Of a stretch of 57,926 bases of DNA, positions 1-27,112 are shown piece after piece. The stretch comes from Catajapyx aquilonaris (lineage: Eukaryota). Position 1 is the stretch's first letter, and each line of letters begins with the position of its first letter. The position numbers were made by a program, and so were the translations under genes. Where the stretch lies: the NCBI GenBank assembly GCA_000934665.2, contig JYFJ02002383.1, forward strand, positions 1 through 57,926, given 5' to 3'. The notes beneath the pieces were generated by a model. The model was not told the DNA's origin, searched no databases, and saw only the letters and a list, made by a program, of their open reading frames with translations.

Positions 1-507
1 AATAGAAAGGCATTGCCTGGAACATGCCTCCAGCGTGTCCAGATTATTTTCGACCCGGAGTGGATTGAACTGGTTTTGCTGGCAAGCTCCTCATATTAGC
101 ATTTGTCTCGTGGTGCGGCAGGTGTTTCTGTCGTTCCACGAGACATTTATTTCCATAATATTATTACAGTACTTCCTGAATACCCATCTATGGCAATAGG
201 TCCATTACATGACATGAAACGAATATATCTACTGTAAAAGCATGAATGATTATAAATTTATCATATTATTTATCCCATAGCTTTTCGCATCATGCAAATC
301 TTTAAAATGAAAGTGGTGTCGTATCGATAGTTGTGCAGAACTTTTGTGCAATCATTTTGAATCGCCTAAATATATATCAGAGGACTGTTGCATTGACCGT
401 ACAGTTATTACGTTACTCATTACATGCACCTATAATCACGGCAATTTTGCATGGGTTAATTCCTTATGCTACATTTTTCAGGTTGCAGTGCAATCTTTAC
501 AGTAAGG

Positions 508-1690
508 CTGAAGCCGCATGTAAAAACCATGTATCTCTGATTTTGCCATTTTGAGATATTGCGCTTCAAAGTTTAGTGATCTGCCATTTCCTTAGGCATA
601 CGCCATACCTGACAAATTTTTTTTTACTAAATGTACCATATCAGTAGGACTCTTTGAACATATAACATGTAATATCATTCACCTAGTTAAATTCACATTA
701 AATGAAATCAAGTTACATGGTTACATTGGCACAAGTAAAAACCACGCAACTATATATAGTACAGACTTTAATTGAAACTGTGATATTTTGTTAAAACTAT
801 GTAACTCTACTTACATATTACTTATACACCCATGACATAGTCTCAGAACCATGTAACTGTACGTACTTATTCATAATGAACCCTTCAGACTTGGCAAGAA
901 CCTTGTAATTATTTGTAATCGTAATCGTGCCATCTTCATACGAAGGTAGGCGGCCAATAAATAAAACACTATTCGTGTTTATTTATTGACTGAACTAGGG
1001 AAAATAATGTGGTGGTTTCCCGTTATTTTACATAGTTATTAATTATTAGTACATACCGGTATGTTGCTGCAGCTGAATTATGGTAAGAGAAAGAGAGAGA
1101 GAGAACCGTGTTTATTCAGAATAACAGCAAAACATACCATCAATTCTGCATAAATGACGTTGATTTCCTGTATTTCGTACAATATAAATATTAGCCACTA
1201 CGTAAGTATGTTACACACAATCATACAGTGTACCGTCCTGGAATCAATAAATGTGGTTACTGGATTTATAGAAAGTAATAAATTCACTGGCTCCATGGGA
1301 CTTTCTGTCGACCGTGTGTGTACATACTGGGAAAGATGAAGAATTATGTTAATGTGTCATTTGGAGCATCACCGACATGTACTTCTAAGTCCGTGACTTC
1401 TTCATCTACTTGAAGATTCTCAAAAAAAAGTCGCCGGCTTCACATACATGGTTTTTCCTAGAGGAAGTGACTGTTCCAATATTTGTATCTCTCTTTACAG
1501 GGGTTTTACTTGACGTGACGTTTCAATATTATGAGTTACATGGTTTTTCCTGTTCAGTATCTTCGTGAAAAATGACGTCAGAGACACGTGGTTTGTACCA
1601 TGGGATAGTTCTTGACATGAGCAATCCAATGAAGGCATGCAAGTAAAAACCACGTATTTTGAGTTACATGGTTTTTACATGCGGCTCCAG
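508..1690. mobile_element. Non-autonomous DNA transposon (~1.18 kb) with ~30-bp TIRs and 4-bp TSD
   Basis: Left end CTGAAGCCGCATGTAAAAACCATGTATCTC matches the reverse complement of the right end (CTGGAGCCGCATGTAAAAACCATGTAACTC). AAGG flanks both sides (504-507, 1691-1694). Internal repeats of GTTACATGGTT/AACCATGTAAC and CAAGTAAAAACCACG. Superfamily not assigned. Confidence 0.75.
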
Positions 1691-1983
1691 AAGGGCTCTT
1701 TCACTGGTTTAGCACATGTAAACTGTATGGCGCAAATTGAATTGTCTGAAAATGTCATGACAAGTATAGTAAACAGCAGAGCAACACATATTCAAATTTG
1801 AAACCTGTCTCTGAAGAGTCCCACTGCGATCCGCTGTGATCGCTACCGTCGACCACGCTGTTGCCACGCCTTCATCCAGAAACCGTTACAGCCTGTTACG
1901 TCACAGCGTCTAGTCTGGCCTCTGTACAAACGACGGTGTGAGAAATATTGTGAAACTGCCCGCGGCGAGTAGGTACAGCGACG

Positions 1984-3321
1984 ATGCCCCCCGAAGACGA
2001 CTTTAACTCGTGGCAGATGGACAACACCACCTTCTTCGTCGGACAGCCCCACCCCCCAGACACCACCAAGGCCAGCCCGGGAGAGTACAACGATCAAAGT
2101 CCGCCATGTTTGGCCGATCGTACCGGTGGATCGGAGGCCAGCTGCAGTCAGGACTCCGCTAGCAGCAGCGGCAGCGATCGCGACCAGCAACCTTCTGACA
2201 CCGACAACAGCAGCAGCAGGAACGGCAGCACTTGGACACAGGACAACACCTATGGACACCAGGGTCCAATAGGGCCCGTACTGTACGTGGCCTCCATCCC
2301 ATTCAGCTACACAGACAGGGACCTGTTCTGCATCTGCCACCCTTTCGGTGAGATCGTGCAGGCCAAAGTGATCACAACCGGTACCGGCGCGTCCAAGGGG
2401 TACGGATTCGTCACCTTCCGAAGGGCGGAGGACGCCAACAGGTGCAGGCTGACCCTCGCAGGGGCATGGTGCGGACCTCGGAAGCTTCGTGTGAAGTTCG
2501 CCTCGAGAGTAAGTATATGCTGTTTTATTAGCCTCATGACGAGGCTGCTGCATGCTGGCTGCATGCTAGTGCTTGTCCATAACTTTGAAGCAACTAGTGG
2601 TATTGCAAGATGTGGACATAACCGGCAACATAACTTTGGAGATATGCGAACATTTAGGTGTGTGGTATTTCTTGCAGTCTTTACGTGTCACATGAACTGA
2701 CATATGTGCACATTGGTTTCTTTAACAGAACCAGAATTTGGGACTTTCAATCAACCAGGGACTATCATCCCAACAGGGAGAGGTGCAATCACCACCCAGC
2801 AATACACTACTGATTCCACCACTACCAGAAAGTGCACCATTGATGGATCTTCCATCACATTTTCTACTACCACTGAATCACCCACCACCTTTGCGACCAG
2901 TGATTCCTCATGTTCCCCCTGGAAGATTCTCACTTGTGCCACCAATTCCGGATCTTTCACCCACCAACATCGCTGGCCAAGTCCATGCTCAAGCCACGGC
3001 TCCTGGCGCAAATGTGCCAACTACTTCTGCCACGCCCGACTCCGGTGTTCCACCCCAAGGATTCATCATGGTAAAGAGATGTTTGAGATTTTCAATTTTC
3101 ATATAAGCATGCTGGCTTGCACTCAGATTCTGACAGCCCTTTAGGAGCTTGTTACTAATACTGTACAATTCTTTGGGCGTTATTTTCAGGTGCCAGCACC
3201 TGTATTCAGCATGCTGTACCAAGTGTACAGTGAGGTGCTGAGTAGGCAGGCAACGGAGTTCAGGCTCATTGCTGATGAGCTCGCTCGTCGTGGCGCCAGA
3301 CGTCGGTTTCAGCCTTATTAA
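1984..3321 (+). CDS. Single-RRM RNA-binding protein, divergent Rbfox/Fox-1-like (332 aa, 3 exons)
   Basis: Exons 1984-2508, 2729-3070, 3190-3321; both introns phase 0 GT-AG. RRM LYVASIPFSYTDRDL...SKGYGFVTFRRAEDANRCRLTLAG...RKLRVKFASR aligns with the Fox-1 RRM (LHVSNIPFRFRDPDL...[24 protein letters not shown]...RKIEVNNATAR). Pro-rich middle region. C-terminus RRRFQPY resembles the Rbfox RFAPY PY-NLS. Confidence 0.8.
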
Positions 3322-3708
3322 AACAGATAGGGTTCTGTAATGACGTATGAAGAAGAAAATAAAGAAAGCGCCAGAAAAGCACAGATTGCTTTTTTTTGTT
3401 TAGTGTATTGTACGGTAGAAAAATGCAGCAGGTTATTGCTTAATCCTCAGAGGCGGCCGGCAAGAAGACATATCGGCGGCGCGGCGGGTATAGATGTGCG
3501 AGAAAGCAGGTACGCCGATATGTCAGCATCAGCCCACGGACACTACCCCTACGTTCTGGGCTTATCACCTGCCGAGGGGTTTTGCAGTGGGTGCTCACTT
3601 GAGAGCGCCATGAGACATTTCCCAGAGCATTTATGTGGCGACCCTACCGGACTAGGCTGAACTTTACAGGTACGAAAGGGGAGGCGGCCATGTTGGGCCA
3701 GCATGTAC

Positions 3709-3801
3709 TGTACAGAAAGGTTCAATTTCCTGATCTCCGTCTACCAGACGTACCGAAAGAAGTGTTTGATTCGATTGTCACAATTGAATCCTTGAATGTA
3801 A
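3709..3801 (+). repeat. Dispersed repeat fragment, inverted copy of 49202-49294
   Basis: About 93 bp, highly similar to the reverse complement of an internal segment of the pogo/Tigger-like element in PSMD8 intron 2. Both copies translate as ...FPDLRLPDVPKEVFDSIVTI... Confidence 0.8.
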
Positions 3802-4623
3802 CAACCAAAGCGACTCTTCTTACCCTCCTGAATTTGGATTTTTTAAAATTATTTTTTAATTCGGCTTGGCCTATAGTGCTGAGAAAACATCACCTCCGCT
3901 GCTAATTTCCACGTTAGCAGGGTGAAAATACAGCCAAAAGTCGATGTTTTAAAGCCACAACACCTGCGTCCGGTCGCGAGTCGCTCGTCCCAGCTGCCCG
4001 CGGTCGCGGTCGCCTTTCACCGCGTCTGTAGCTCCCTCCCGTGCCACGAAGGAGAAGGGTCATCTCGCACACTTTGAAGTCGAAGGCGATTATAATAATC
4101 GAGAGCCAGGACAGGGGGCATATACTACATAAGAGGCGCAACCTTTCGATTCGCGCGTCTCTCTGTTTGGAGCCAAGGCTGGCAGCCATTTTGAAACGGG
4201 GCCAGCGAGGTGTAAATAGGGTGCAGGCAGGCCGTAAATGTCCGCCATCTTTGATGGTTTTGGCGGCGGCCATGGCACTTCACGGCAAGAACACACGCGA
4301 AATTGAATATTTTATGCCGTACTTACGAAATTAATACGTAGAAAAGTGCATTAAAGAAGCTCATACGGCAAAAATATTCAAATTCGCACGTGTGGCAAAC
4401 AAATGGTGTCAAGATGTCAACTGAGGTCGCTTACTGATATGAACGGTCACACCTACTCTGTGGGCCTCCATTATGACTGTCTTCTCTGCGTGGTAAGTAT
4501 ACAAGCAGTGTGTCTTTCATTTTATAGTCTTATCATCATTTTTAAACCTGACACGAACAATGATATTAAAAGTTAGCTCGTTCTATGAGTGATTTCTCAG
4601 TGAGGTATTGGTGGTACATACAG

Positions 4624-4624
<1 letters not shown>

Positions 4625-4700
<76 letters not shown>
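4625..4700. repeat. (TTA)n microsatellite
   Basis: Pure trinucleotide run visible in the sequence. Confidence 0.95.
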
Positions 4701-4810
4701 GTTCATATGTTGGGTTAGCTTGCATCTCCCTTCATCGCTGACTACCCCTCATAGGGAAATGTCGTGATGTTGTTGTTGTTGTTGTTGTTATTATTGTTGT
4801 TGTTGTTGTT
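4701..4810 (+). mobile_element. Severely 5'-truncated RTE LINE 3' end with (TGT)n tail
   Basis: 4701-4770 matches the reverse complement of 57291-57360 (LINE 3' UTR) with one mismatch, followed by a (TGT)n tail. Confidence 0.85.
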
Positions 4811-5431
4811 ATTTATTTATTTATTTATTATTCATAGAGTATTGTACGATGTTGTTCAAATGAAAACCAGAAATTGCAATAATTTTGAAACTCGCCATTG
4901 GGGATTTGGGGATGGCGCTCGAAAGGCACAGTTGTGGACTCCTGCGTGGTGCTAATGTTCAGGGAGTTTGTCGATAGGTGGAGAGTAAGTTCACGGCATA
5001 CCTGGCTGTGATAAAGCACCTCCAATTTCGTCCCGCCAGCAAGCCCGCCAGCCAAATAGCCAATTATGCAATAATAAAAAAATTATGAACAACCGTGTAC
5101 ATAATAATATTATAAAATTGGTTCGTGGTAAGAGAAGAGCGGTGCTTCAACTTCAAGTTTCGATAAGAATTATTGCATTGCTGCAGTTTGGGATTTTATT
5201 GTAAAGTTACATCATCCAATACTACATCTCATATTTCATAACACTATAAAGTCAGGTCAGGTCTAACATGGCTTCGTTCTGGTTACTGTATGTTTTTCTG
5301 CATTTACTAGAGAACATTGCGTGATGTCTATGAATACAATATACTGTATCAAGAAGGTTGGGGGAATGGCGTTTGATAAAAATTAGTTGTTGTACAGTAG
5401 AACAGATGTCATAGCGCTTCTTAATTGCGAA

Positions 5432-6374
5432 TCAATCTTCGATGCGCCCAACAAAGCTGGCCAGCTTCTTCGCATAATCTGAAAGTGGATAATATTATAA
5501 TATTACCACATTGCAAAAATAATAATACCATTTGGCCACAAATTTTTGTATAGAAATTTTTACACCAAATTTAGCATAGCGACATGACGGCACAGATCTT
5601 TAGCTATTACCTCACAAAAACATGATGCTAACCGAAGCAATTTGATAATTTAATACCACTCGTGGTACCAGATTTTATAATCCAATGTCGACTGCTCTCG
5701 AGTGATGTGTGAAGCTCAACCGAACTTGGTCAGATTTTATGACATAGTAATATTTTGTACTGTATAGGGCATAGGCCTACATGTATCCTCAACCCTCACC
5801 TGAGAAAACGATGTTGCCGTCCACATCAATATCAGCATGGCTTATCATCGCTTCAGCCTCTTCATCTGCCATTTTTTCGCCAGTTTGAGTCAGTAAATGC
5901 CTTAGTTCATGCACACTGATGCGCCCACTTTGCCGCTTGTCAAATGTCCTGAAAGCCCGGACGACATCATTCTCACTAATTTTCTTCAGGTCTAGAGCCT
6001 TGACAATCGCTGCCAGGTACTTTTGCCAGTTAACATCGTCCTTGCCTAACCGATGAAGCGAATGTTTAAATCAAAGCCATCGCAAACCATGTAGAGATTC
6101 ACTCACCACTTAGATTTATCTCGCGGACAATATCTTGGATGTCCATATTGCTTGGGGTCAGGTCTTTAAAAGAACGGATGGCTAATCCCAACTCCTGTAC
6201 CTTTATGATGTCTTTTCCATCCCTGTCTAGCCACGAAAAGATTTGCTTCAGGGTCTTTAAATCTTTTGGGGAGAACACTTCCTGTAATGTTGATGAAGCA
6301 GCTTAGATAACGGCTATGAGGAGATCACATCGTGGCATATATGAACCATGACTTACCGTCTCCTCTATGCTCAT
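5432..6374 (-). CDS. Calmodulin-like / myosin-light-chain-like EF-hand protein (161 aa, 4 exons), absent from the ORF track
   Basis: Exons 6374-6357, 6281-6107, 6045-5800, 5478-5432, phases consistent. Protein MSIEETEVFSPKDLKTLKQIFSWLDRDGKDIIKVQELGLAIRSF...DVVRAFRTFDKRQSGRISVHELRHLLTQTGEKMADEEAEAMISHADIDVDGNIVFSDYAKKLASFVGRIED has a calmodulin-type four-EF-hand layout. Confidence 0.85.
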
Positions 6375-6579
6375 GTTCCTGCTTGTCTGACTACACTAAC
6401 CTTGTGAGTAAAAGAAGAAAAAACCCTACGAATCCCCACTAAAAATACGCGGTTTCAGGTTGTAAACTGTTCTAGTAAAATGGTTTGGTTTCCATAACTC
6501 CCTGGTGCAGCATTGTTGAACTGATTGCGATTAGGCCAGTTCAGTTGTGACAACAATTGCGATACATTCAGGTATTTTG

Positions 6580-6667
6580 ATAATTGAAGGGTGCAGTGCA
6601 AGAGGGACATGAGTCAGGTGTCTAGACACCTGACTCATGCCCCTCTTGCACTGCACCCTTCAATTAT
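6580..6667. repeat. Loop-less palindrome with 44-bp arms and 1 mismatch (probable minimal MITE, AATT flanks)
   Basis: ATAATTGAAGGGTGCAGTGCAAGAGGGACATGAGTCAGGTGTCT followed directly by AGACACCTGACTCATGCCCCTCTTGCACTGCACCCTTCAATTAT, centred on TCTAGA. Confidence 0.9.
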
Positions 6668-6883
6668 GAACCCACGTTGGAGAAAGAGGTGGGTCTAAAG
6701 ATGACTATTAGTGACGCAGGGGCAACGGAGAAGGTTGGCACAAAGACAATTCAGCGAAAAATCATCCTGGTTGGAAGTTAGCCTCATCCAGCAATGTAGG
6801 CAACTTCATTCCTGTCACGCGCGCAGTATAACTCACAGGCGCTACAAACAATTTGGCTGTCCGTGAACCCCAAGGAGTCAATT

Positions 6884-7963
6884 GGACGGTTTTATGCAAT
6901 AAGGAACCAACCCTCACTTTTTCAAAATTTCCATATTGTGCATTGCTGACCAGCTAAATTCCGGTATCCACAAACAAGATTTCTCGCATACGTTGACTCG
7001 TTGAGCCAACTGCGCATGCCCGGATTCGAGGAATGAGGAAAAGTTGAAAATTTTCAACTTTAATCCCCTTTTCGAGGGACCAGAGAGTCCGTCTCGACGT
7101 ACAAGATTTCTCGCGTAAAGGCATGTTTACACCATCACGAAGTGAGTCAAATTCCAGCGACCAGGGTGCTTTGGGAACGATAACGGGCCCCACCAGAGAT
7201 ATTGTCGGAACGAATCCCCTGACAACATTAGGAGATTACTGCCTGGTTGCACCAACAAAATTACCGGTCCGATAGCTCCTAATGGACAGATAGGTAGACC
7301 TTTTAACATGTGCCATCGGTCCGTTAGGAGCTATCGGACCGGTAATTTTGTTGGTGCAACCTGGCATACGAGAAACTCGCACGTTGATACTGGCCTCAAG
7401 TGTCCTGCAATAAAGAACCAAACCTGCCCTGCATGATACTGCCCTGTAGAGGAGCACGAACCAAGCCACACCACTGTGGTTGACTATAACGCGTACTGCA
7501 ACAAGGAACCAACCAACACACATTCAACATACCGGTAGTATGGGCTTGGTTCCTTTTTGCAGATCATAGACCGTTTGACCTTTATGAACATAATCGTAGA
7601 AACATACGTCAATACAGGATATTATGGCATACCGTACTGTATGGTGTTTACAATACCATTGACATGGTAAGTAATATGACTTCCAGACATGTTACACTAA
7701 ACAAATGAGAACCAACCCTCATAATTTATAGGGGTTTACGAGAGAACCAATCCTCATTTCGGGGGTTTACCGTTACCTACTAGAATGGTCTGATATTTCT
7801 CAAACACCTTCATTTAAGTTGTAATGATACCTATGTTCTACACTGAGGCCTTTATAAATATTTTAATCCCCCTTTTTTAAAAGACAGGTTAAACTTAACT
7901 GTACTTTCTGGACAATCATACTTAGAGCTCTGTTGGTTGGTTCCTTGTTGCATAACACCGTCC
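6884..7963. mobile_element. Non-autonomous DNA transposon (~1.08 kb), AATT TSD (Sola1-like)
   Basis: TIR GGACGGTTTTATGCAATAAGGAACCAACC versus reverse-complement right end GGACGGTGTTATGCAACAAGGAACCAACC. AATT at 6880-6883 and 7964-7967. Internal GAACCAACC repeats. An AWWT TSD is typical of Sola1 (inference). Confidence 0.7.
7240..7366. mobile_element. 127-bp hairpin MITE with TAC TSD nested in the 6884-7963 element
   Basis: About 52-bp inverted arms (TGCCTGGTTGCACCAACAAAATTACCGGTCCGATAGCTCCTAA...) with few mismatches. TAC at 7237-7239 and 7367-7369. Confidence 0.75.
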
Positions 7964-9038
7964 AATTTAGACTGGTGTTATAGGATCTGAACAGCTAATA
8001 ATTTATGTTCTTCCTGATTTTACATGAGGTAGGTGCTACATACTGATTTTATATAGGGGGTTTCATGAGCATGAGACATGATTTGCAGAATATTTATCAA
8101 TTACATTTTGGCCAAAATTGATTCAGGCATTGCATAATATTGTTCTCGACGCGTGCATACTTTTCCTCGGGAGAAAATTCACATACACCTAAAAATTTGT
8201 TTGAACCTAAAAACAGCACTCCCATGAAAGATAAGCCTGCCTAGTAGGACTATCTCAAAATAATTTCACTCTGAGCTTCAGGCAATAAGTTCTTCAAAAC
8301 AATGTGGCAGTTACCCAACAGTTCAACTCCTTGATGAGAAGAAACAAGTGGAAAATAACGTTTCATTCACTTATATTTTCCTTGAGCCACATTCTCTAAG
8401 AGTGGGAAAACCCGACTTGACTTGACCACCAGTCTTTTCTTGGACAGCCTATAGTCCAACGCACTAAATGAATCACACAGTTGAATACAACAAGCTGCAA
8501 TCCAGTGCACGTGTATTTCTTTAAAGTATGTCAAGAGCAAGTATAAAAATATTTATATACAAAAGGTGACACAGTGTAAAACAAGAGTTAGCGGCAGTAA
8601 GTGATCATGATCCTAGGTGGTCTCACACACTTACTCAATAAGAATAACAAACTCATCCATACATAAATGCATGATAATAATGAACAGGAGTACATAACAA
8701 AACAACATATGGTATCTCAAGGGACATTCTCATGCCATATGACAGTATAAACTTTAAATAAATGCTATCCCAGAGTCCTCAGTTACCTGAGTATCTGAAT
8801 TATCCAGATGCTTTTACTAGCATCAAGAGCTAATATTAGCTCTTGCTAGCATTTATTTCAAATCCCATTGGCATCTCCATCCATCCAATAAGATCCACCT
8901 TGCATTTAGGAGCTGCTATAAATGTTATTTCATTTCATGACAAATTATTACATTAAGGTGTACTTCCCTCATATTTAGACAACTATGTGTTACAGACATT
9001 TACAAGTACAAAAAATATATGATAATTATGGCGCATGT

Positions 9039-25061
<16,023 letters not shown>

Positions 25062-25129
25062 CTTGGCGGGACCGGGCGGGCTCCTTTCTCCTTCTCCCGT
25101 CCGTCTCTCCTGCCGAACTGCCGGCAACA

Positions 25130-25160
25130 TTTCAAACTGAAGACTCCTCTGCGCATGCGC
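25130..25160 (-). promoter_or_regulatory. Xkr proximal promoter with an NRF1/Ewg-type palindrome
   Basis: TGCGCATGCGC at 25150-25160, about 90 bp upstream of the ATG, next to a GC-rich first exon. TTTCAAA (CHR-like) at 25130-25136. Confidence 0.5.
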
Positions 25161-27112
25161 CAAACCCCCTGCTCTCCTCGGAGGGAAGCACTTGTATTGC
25201 AAGAAGCGGACAAGTACAAATTCACATAGGCCTATGCAGACAACTAGATCTAGAGCTAAACATCATGCTTCGCATACAGTATTATTCAACCCTGCCCACG
25301 CATTAGAATCCATGGCAAACTTGCAACCCAACCTTCACAATAAGCCTTTGCCCTTTGGTAAACAGTATAGTCATTCAGATGTGACATACTGCATCATTTC
25401 ATGAGATACGACACTGTGTGCATCACAAGCCTTATTAGTACACAAAGATTGTTTAATGTTCTTACAAATGCATTTTTCATCCTTCATTGCAGTCTTTATG
25501 GCACAAAAGAGGAACTTTACTGGCACTGCACTGGTGTGGAATGCATTTCTCATGCTTGAGATAGGTCAAGCTGCTCATCAGTGTGAGGTTAAACACCTAG
25601 AACATGAGATAATAACCTAAAAATACAAAACCTGCCATTTTTCATCCCATGTTGGTACTTTGCATACTTAAGAACATGTCAGTACCTTACTTATTGACCA
25701 CTCTACTGTAATTCATGGATATCTTGTGAGTAGTCACTTAGTAGAAATCCTAATACAACACAAGATAATGTTCACAAAACTTATTAATGGTAATAATAAT
25801 GCAATACCACAGAAACTGACTGTGATAGCTTGAATTACCACACAGCAATATAGTCCAGGCCTCTTGTCTGCAGTATGCACATACATAAATTAGCATGCTC
25901 TGAAGGGTGTGTAGCTGCCACTTGCAGCTTCTCCCAAAAAACAGTTAATTCTGAAATTGGCATGGCATTGAAAAAATTCAATGAAACTGCAGGTAACATA
26001 ACCTTCTCCATTTATTGTCGAAATGCTACAAAAATGTTGCTCATCAGCTGTACAGGCAGCGTACAAGTGTGCAAAAAAGTGGAGTTGTTATAAAACTCTT
26101 GGACATATGGCACCTGGAAATACATGTGCCTGTCTATAAAAGTCCTACCAACCAGACAAGAAAATCTGAGCAATGAATCAGGACGGCAGGGGGGGGGGGG
26201 GGGGGGNGTAAGGGGAGCAGAACCATAAGTTAAGTATCAGGCACTGAGAACAATGCACACCTAACATTATTCCAAGCACCTAAAATCTTTCTATGGGGGA
26301 GAAACATGTTTTGTGAGCAACAAAATCCCTGCAAGCGACGAGAATTTCCTCGCTACCCAACATTTAAATGAAGTCATGATCATTAAAAAACACACAACCT
26401 TGTCTTGAGCATCATGTGACTTCTATGACCATTCATTTGCTACTAGTTCTAACCTAAACAAGGAAAAGGGGTGAAAGTGGAGACATGCAACCATAAATAT
26501 ACTTTGTGTTTATCATGTGTATGTATGTGTGTGTGGTCCCATGCTTTGCCATGATGCCATTTTTAAAAGCATTTTTAGGGTGTATCATAATAAGCACATA
26601 TAAAAGGTGGTCACAGCCAATCAGAAACCTTTGATGGTATTTAGGGGGGAAACTGAACACACAAAAAATCAAGAAGACAAAACTATGACAATATGGCAAG
26701 CAGTATATATGTAATAGGGAAAGTTATAAAACTAACAAGTGGGAGATCGGGGATTTCCCATCGCTCACATGTCTTAAAACAGCCAATGCTACTACTAAAC
26801 GTTTCCATAATTACGGGATTATTAAGCTTGCCCTTGTGCACTGAGCTGATTGATCCTGTAACCAGCTACTAAGTCCCACCATCATGCATTGTTAATGGGT
26901 TGAATCATCAAGGCCCCCTTTGAAACTAGTGGCAGTGAACCCCCCACTGACACCCCCTGAGCCCCAAATGTCACTACATTGCTACTAGGTTACAGAATCA
27001 CATTGGGCTTCCGCTCCTCTTTTTAATATATAAAAACAAAAGAAACAGAACCCCGCATATAACTCCGGCAACTGATTCTCTGGCAATTGGGCCATGCATA
27101 GCTCCTCTACTT

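Noticed and set aside
1843..2553. 236-aa minus-strand ORF
   Set aside because: Antisense shadow of the GC-rich RRM exon; no recognisable domain.
3633..3905. Duplicated small protein gene (peptide shared with ORF 49185-49403)
   Set aside because: Similarity is limited to ~93 bp and the second copy lies inside a TIR element; a repeat fragment is more likely.
4585..4955. Poly-Ile/poly-Leu ORFs resembling membrane peptides (also 20104-20404 and 53813-54154)
   Set aside because: Translations of trinucleotide microsatellites and retroelement tails.
25062..25202. Longer Xkr N-terminus from the upstream start in ORF 24648-25202
   Set aside because: That start is a TTG in promoter-like sequence; the ATG at 25061 has a strong Kozak context.
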